Source of the DNA: Cytophagales bacterium
GTDB taxonomy: Bacteria; Bacteroidota; Bacteroidia; Cytophagales; JAAEPT01
Direction of reading: 5' to 3'
Assembly (NCBI GenBank): GCA_965230415.1
Contig: CBDDKZ010000001.1
Location: forward strand, 77,184-141,183
DNA length: 64,000 nucleotides
In this document: positions 61,601 through 64,000 of the stretch, piece by piece
How positions within the stretch are numbered: the first letter of the stretch is position 1
How the letters are laid out: each line of letters opens with the position of its first letter
The notes under the pieces: model-generated
What the model saw: the letters and a program-made list of their open reading frames with translations, nothing else
Databases searched by the model: none
What the model was told of the DNA's origin: nothing
Translations under genes and position numbers: made by a program

Positions 61601-64000
61601 TAACAATAGCAACGGGTGGGATATGGTCTTCGAATGGTTCGGGCACATTTTCAGATAGCACTGATTTAAATGCCACATACACTCCTTCTGCTGTTGATAC
61701 AGCCACAAGAAGTGTTGTCTTAACGCTTACCACAACCGGAAACGATCTCTGTAATGCTGTAAGTGACCAGGTACTCCTTACCATTCTGCCAGCACCGATT
61801 CTTAACACACCAGGAAATATTATTATCTGTGAAGACTCTTCATTGGTTCCATTGAATAGTTCATTTGCCAATGCCGGCGGCGTTTCCTGGAATTCTGACG
61901 GAAATGGAATTTTCAGCCCTAACTCCTCGAGTGTAGACGCGGGATATATACCTTCCGGAGATGATATTAACAGCGGCACAGTACTTCTAACTGTCCAAAC
62001 CACAGACAACGGCCTTTGCCGCGCCATAACTGATTCCATCCGCTTGGATATAGATGCGCTTCCGGTAGTGAATGCCGGTGATGATACCGAAATTTGTGCT
62101 GACCTGAACGGAGTGGCTATTTTCGGAGATGTCCAAAATGCAACAGGACTTATCTGGACTTCTTCGGGAACGGGCAATTTCTTCCCAAATAGTACCACTG
62201 CAAATGCTACGTACTCACCATCACAAGCCGACGTGGACTCCGGGGGTGTTGTGCTTCACTTAAGCTCTCAGGGAAGTGGAGGTTGTCCCGATGCCAGTGA
62301 CAGTATTGAATTAACCATACGCCCACTACCAAGTGTCGACGCAGGGCCAGACATTGAAGTATGTGAAGGTTTTGACCTCATTCAGCTTAACCCCGTCATT
62401 TCAAATGTAGATTCCGTGAGCTGGACCTCCTCCGGAATAGGTACATTTACCGATTCCACTCAATTCGACGCTATTTATAATGGAGGTGACCCGGCTGGCT
62501 CTATTGTAACTCTGACGCTAACAAGCACATCTGCAGGAACATGTGCCCCTACCACAGACCGTTTGATACTTACGGTTATGCCTGAAGTAGTAGTAGATGC
62601 CGGTCCTGACCAAATAATGTGTCCCGATAATGACACTTTGTTTTTAAACGGTACTGTCTTGAATGCAGGAGGAGCACATTGGCAATCGGCGGGTAATGGC
62701 ATATTTACACCTTCAGAAGATTCAGCAGTAACAGGTTATATACCTACAGCCGATGATCGTAATTTTGATACTTTGTTCTTGCAACTTTCTGCAACTAACG
62801 TTGGTGTTTGTAACGCTGCGCATGACATTATCGCAGTTACTTTCGCTGATATTCTGGTGATCGATGCAGGCCCCGATAGCATTACTGTTTGTACAAATGA
62901 CTTGCCGGTACGATTAGAAGGAACAGGGTCTGCCGGTATTTGGTCAGGAGGTCTTGGCAGTTATTCACCGAATAACACATCACTTAATGCCGATTACTCA
63001 CCAGACACTTCAGAAATTGTTTCGGGTTCAGTCGTTCTTACATTATCATCTATCAACAATGGTTCTTGTAATGCTGTATCGGACTCTGTACGTATAATTA
63101 TAGAAACAGGACCAACCGTATTTGCCGGTGACGATGTCGCTGTTTGTGCAGACACCTCAGGTATTGAGCTAAACGGAATTATCACCGTAGCCAGCGGAGG
63201 CTTCTGGTCTACGTCAGGAACAGGTACATTTACTCCGGATACTAATTCACTAAATATTGTCTATACCCTCTCAAATGCTGACATTGTAGATTCCCTGGTT
63301 ACTTTGGTGCTTACATCAACAGGTAACGGAAACTGTAATGCGGTAAGTGATGCTGTAAATATTTCCATTAGCCCTGCACCATCTATTGATGCAGGATTTG
63401 ATCAATCGCTTTGTGCTGACAGAGACACTGTTGATTTGACCGGATTCAGATCTGTTTTGAATGCTTCGAGATGGTCTGTGCTTAATGGTGGTGATGGATC
63501 TTTTATTCCCAATGACACCAGTCTCAGCGTTTCATACCTGATCGGTTCCGGGGATTCTACCAATGGAGGTGTTTCCATTCTCATTAGCTCTATAGATCAT
63601 GGATTGTGTAAACCGGTGTATGATACTGTTGATATCACAATAACTCCAACGGTAGTTGCTACAATCACACCTTTACCTCAAATATGTGAAGACGCGGACG
63701 AAATTGACCTGGATGCTACTTTGCAAGTCGCCAATGGAATTGAATGGACCAGTACTGGCGACGGTTTCTTCATTCCAAGTAATACAGTTGAGGACCCTAC
63801 ATATGTATTATCAGATAATGACAAAGCAAATGGGGAAGTTACGTTCAATATTCGCTCTATTGATAACGGAGATTGCCAGGAACGACAGGATTCGCTGAAC
63901 CTGATCATTAACCCTGCTCCCGAAGTCGATGCCGGTGAGGATCAAATGGTTTGTATCAACACCAGCGGTATAGATCTAAACGGATCCGTTTCAATTGCAG
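55660..64000 (+). CDS. Giant Ig/PKD-like repeat surface protein (probable T9SS type-B cargo adhesin), runs off the right window edge
   Basis: Not in the ORF track because there is no stop in the window. It starts MNRAKITLITSLLSVLWTLSVFGEGTKQL and the same frame still reads LIINPAPEVDAGEDQMVCIN at 63901. About 27 repeats of ~88 aa begin at ~57040. Confidence 0.9.
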   Translation, partial: MNRAKITLITSLLSVLWTLSVFGEGTKQLTPNFGDNGFLQIFARSSTAQIFATYLAGPEQRLYFTVCDTSERVFIGMRQNDGDVYVRIKDPNDNVIFGPVLIPAAGDGFINTYNEAVSGPQEIVGLGGYDGLEIDPQIAGDYYIEFNPVTPDYQNEATNAVRRVLQYFDLTVTDQNDNIIEGRLWSREWDITCESFENRFQGTMFVYSNDSIVTSIDFNGIQPFYFTISCNLFGLENTGSAFLDRQSRDGNITSPSYRIFLNDPDSNCYPTGRFGALTGDLSISGCDPFNRTIHVPVDKAGSASIILDLNGIPGYQPGTSDRIISLELVAGNNEIPWDGLDGLGNPVVGTGTIPVQLDYFNGLTHLPIYDVENHENGFTVELIRPSGPRPQLFWDDSRIPDGTIELTGCDDPNGCHSWSDNNPSFHWGDRRTINTWWYANILRDSAEFQNQQVITATGHFTSISNGGDTTVCSSENTIDLIGEISGATGGIWSSSGTGSFAPNDTTLTNVYNFTAADKTQDSINFFLETTGNGNNCTASFDTISLRFAEPPTIVTSNDTALCANNAIFSLNAGFTNATGITWTGGSGNITPNDSSLSILYQPTDAEISSGSIILTATTRGQVYCPAVNSSTTLSILDEPTIDAGNNISVCTDNPTVTLSGSFSNSSGAYWSGGLGTFSDSTDMNATYTPDPSEVIAGDSLVLTLHSIDALCLEVTDQMAILFTGPATVSAGNSQIVCEDVTSVQLDGSFTNAGFAQWSGNGTFLPNDTTMDATYGPTQAEINQGFADVILTSQDNGTCNQTSDTVRITFAPEPEALAGNNQFICSNNAIATINGSANNSNNPSWSGAGTFFPGNTSLNITYIPTQSEITNGVAILILNAPGTNGCPSDADTMRVVIAPPPTVDAGLDDTVCANNPLVNLSGSLTNGTSQFWTGGNGTFSPNPPINTDVDYTPTQTEIDNGVVQLYFQGVRSGCLNVIDTVNVYFSAIPEVDAGADLTACENHPDFSLQGSVIRATGGTWSNGSGTFSPSPNDLVTTYTASDAEVTAGSVDLILTTTGNGNCLAVADTVNLSFTPAPTIDAGNNTSVCANVLPDSLTATFTIAGGVQWSGGSENFGPSNQSNPVLYTPSAADTATGSVTLYATTTDTLNCRAVSDSIIITFTPAPVAIAGDTITICLDNPTAQLNASTTIATGGVWTGGNGTYNPHDSSLTATYTPSPDEIAARTLTLTLNTIDNQGCNAVTDEVVINMVEIPVALPGNDMVVCSNSGGFPLSGQVFNAGGGIWTTSGSGSFSPNDSSLNVTYTPSAPDIAMDSIYITLTTTQNGLCGAVDDSIKIVFQPAPSIDAGDDQTVCTNDLPVQLNGTGSPAQWSGGTGTFSPSPLALNATYMPSSADTLAGSVRLFLITFPDGSCSSIQDTVDITILNGPRADAGSDQTVCADADSVFLGGTIINAGGATWTSTGNGNFSPNDTDLNGTYLFTQDDIDDGTIFLLLTTDNHAPCPASVDSLELTITPAPTVFAGPNQEFCSDEDSIQLDGQVTIASGGIWTTTGSGSFTDSTDLNGFYLPSPADTLAGSITITLTTSGSGNCQDLSHTMTISFTPTPTVAAGNNFAVCADTNFFNLNGAVTIATGGIWNTSGTGIFSANNVSLNTNYFPSAADTAAGQVQFFLTSTGNGTCNAVTDTITVTIDPAPVVDAGPDFNICADSSGTPLSGTVLNASGGTWTSSGSGTFSPSTDSLDTFYNITQGDINNGFVSFTLTSTGNGLCNEVSDQVIALIGPAPEVDAGLDRTVCASEDSVILNGGISNAGGGEWSSDGTGTFIDINDLNTYYLPSVNDVTNGSATIYLTSINNGNCKATPDTVVLFFDPIPAVDAGNDVTVCADTTSISLNASSSNTQGISWSTLGSGSFFPSTIFPLTQYVPSTTDIANGSVEIVLSSVGTGQCPTVTDTINILINPEPTVDAGDDVIVCADTSFINLSGIVTIATGGIWSSNGSGTFSDSTDLNATYTPSAVDTATRSVVLTLTTTGNDLCNAVSDQVLLTILPAPILNTPGNIIICEDSSLVPLNSSFANAGGVSWNSDGNGIFSPNSSSVDAGYIPSGDDINSGTVLLTVQTTDNGLCRAITDSIRLDIDALPVVNAGDDTEICADLNGVAIFGDVQNATGLIWTSSGTGNFFPNSTTANATYSPSQADVDSGGVVLHLSSQGSGGCPDASDSIELTIRPLPSVDAGPDIEVCEGFDLIQLNPVISNVDSVSWTSSGIGTFTDSTQFDAIYNGGDPAGSIVTLTLTSTSAGTCAPTTDRLILTVMPEVVVDAGPDQIMCPDNDTLFLNGTVLNAGGAHWQSAGNGIFTPSEDSAVTGYIPTADDRNFDTLFLQLSATNVGVCNAAHDIIAVTFADILVIDAGPDSITVCTNDLPVRLEGTGSAGIWSGGLGSYSPNNTSLNADYSPDTSEIVSGSVVLTLSSINNGSCNAVSDSVRIIIETGPTVFAGDDVAVCADTSGIELNGIITVASGGFWSTSGTGTFTPDTNSLNIVYTLSNADIVDSLVTLVLTSTGNGNCNAVSDAVNISISPAPSIDAGFDQSLCADRDTVDLTGFRSVLNASRWSVLNGGDGSFIPNDTSLSVSYLIGSGDSTNGGVSILISSIDHGLCKPVYDTVDITITPTVVATITPLPQICEDADEIDLDATLQVANGIEWTSTGDGFFIPSNTVEDPTYVLSDNDKANGEVTFNIRSIDNGDCQERQDSLNLIINPAPEVDAGEDQMVCINTSGIDLNGSVSIA

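Noticed and set aside
57033-63908. Many short minus-strand ORFs (and two short plus-strand ones) in the ORF track
   Set aside because: They are antisense or off-frame shadows of the giant plus-strand repeat gene.
57040-64000. ~265-bp periodicity as a possible CRISPR or DNA tandem repeat
   Set aside because: The periodicity is at protein level with heavy synonymous divergence; there are no identical repeats with spacers and no cas genes.

Overview
This is an AT-rich chromosomal window from a Bacteroidota bacterium, probably a Cytophagales-like organism. It shows T9SS cargo proteins, PorP/SprF barrels and TAnnTTTG -7 promoter motifs. Housekeeping and metabolic genes (RecQ, aminotransferase, UDP-glucuronate decarboxylase, Bcp, heme A synthase, TrhO, PBP1A) are interleaved with three notable blocks. 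(1) At about 18.9-24.8 kb lies a decayed integron-like locus. A broken tyrosine recombinase and an IS91-like transposase remnant sit divergent from a row of short orphan genes. Those genes are separated by attC-like inverted repeats (AAC...GTT), one of which is split by an IS481 element with a 7-bp target duplication. (2) A nirBD nitrite reductase is bracketed by two NarX/NarL-type two-component systems. (3) A T9SS type-B locus carries two PorP/SprF genes, two PD40 proteins and a giant repeat adhesin (>2,700 aa) that is missing from the ORF track because it runs off the window end. A candidate stand-alone sRNA, a duplicated TetR operator, REP-like direct repeats and several fresh gene lesions were also seen. 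All family assignments come from motif recognition by eye; no searches were run.
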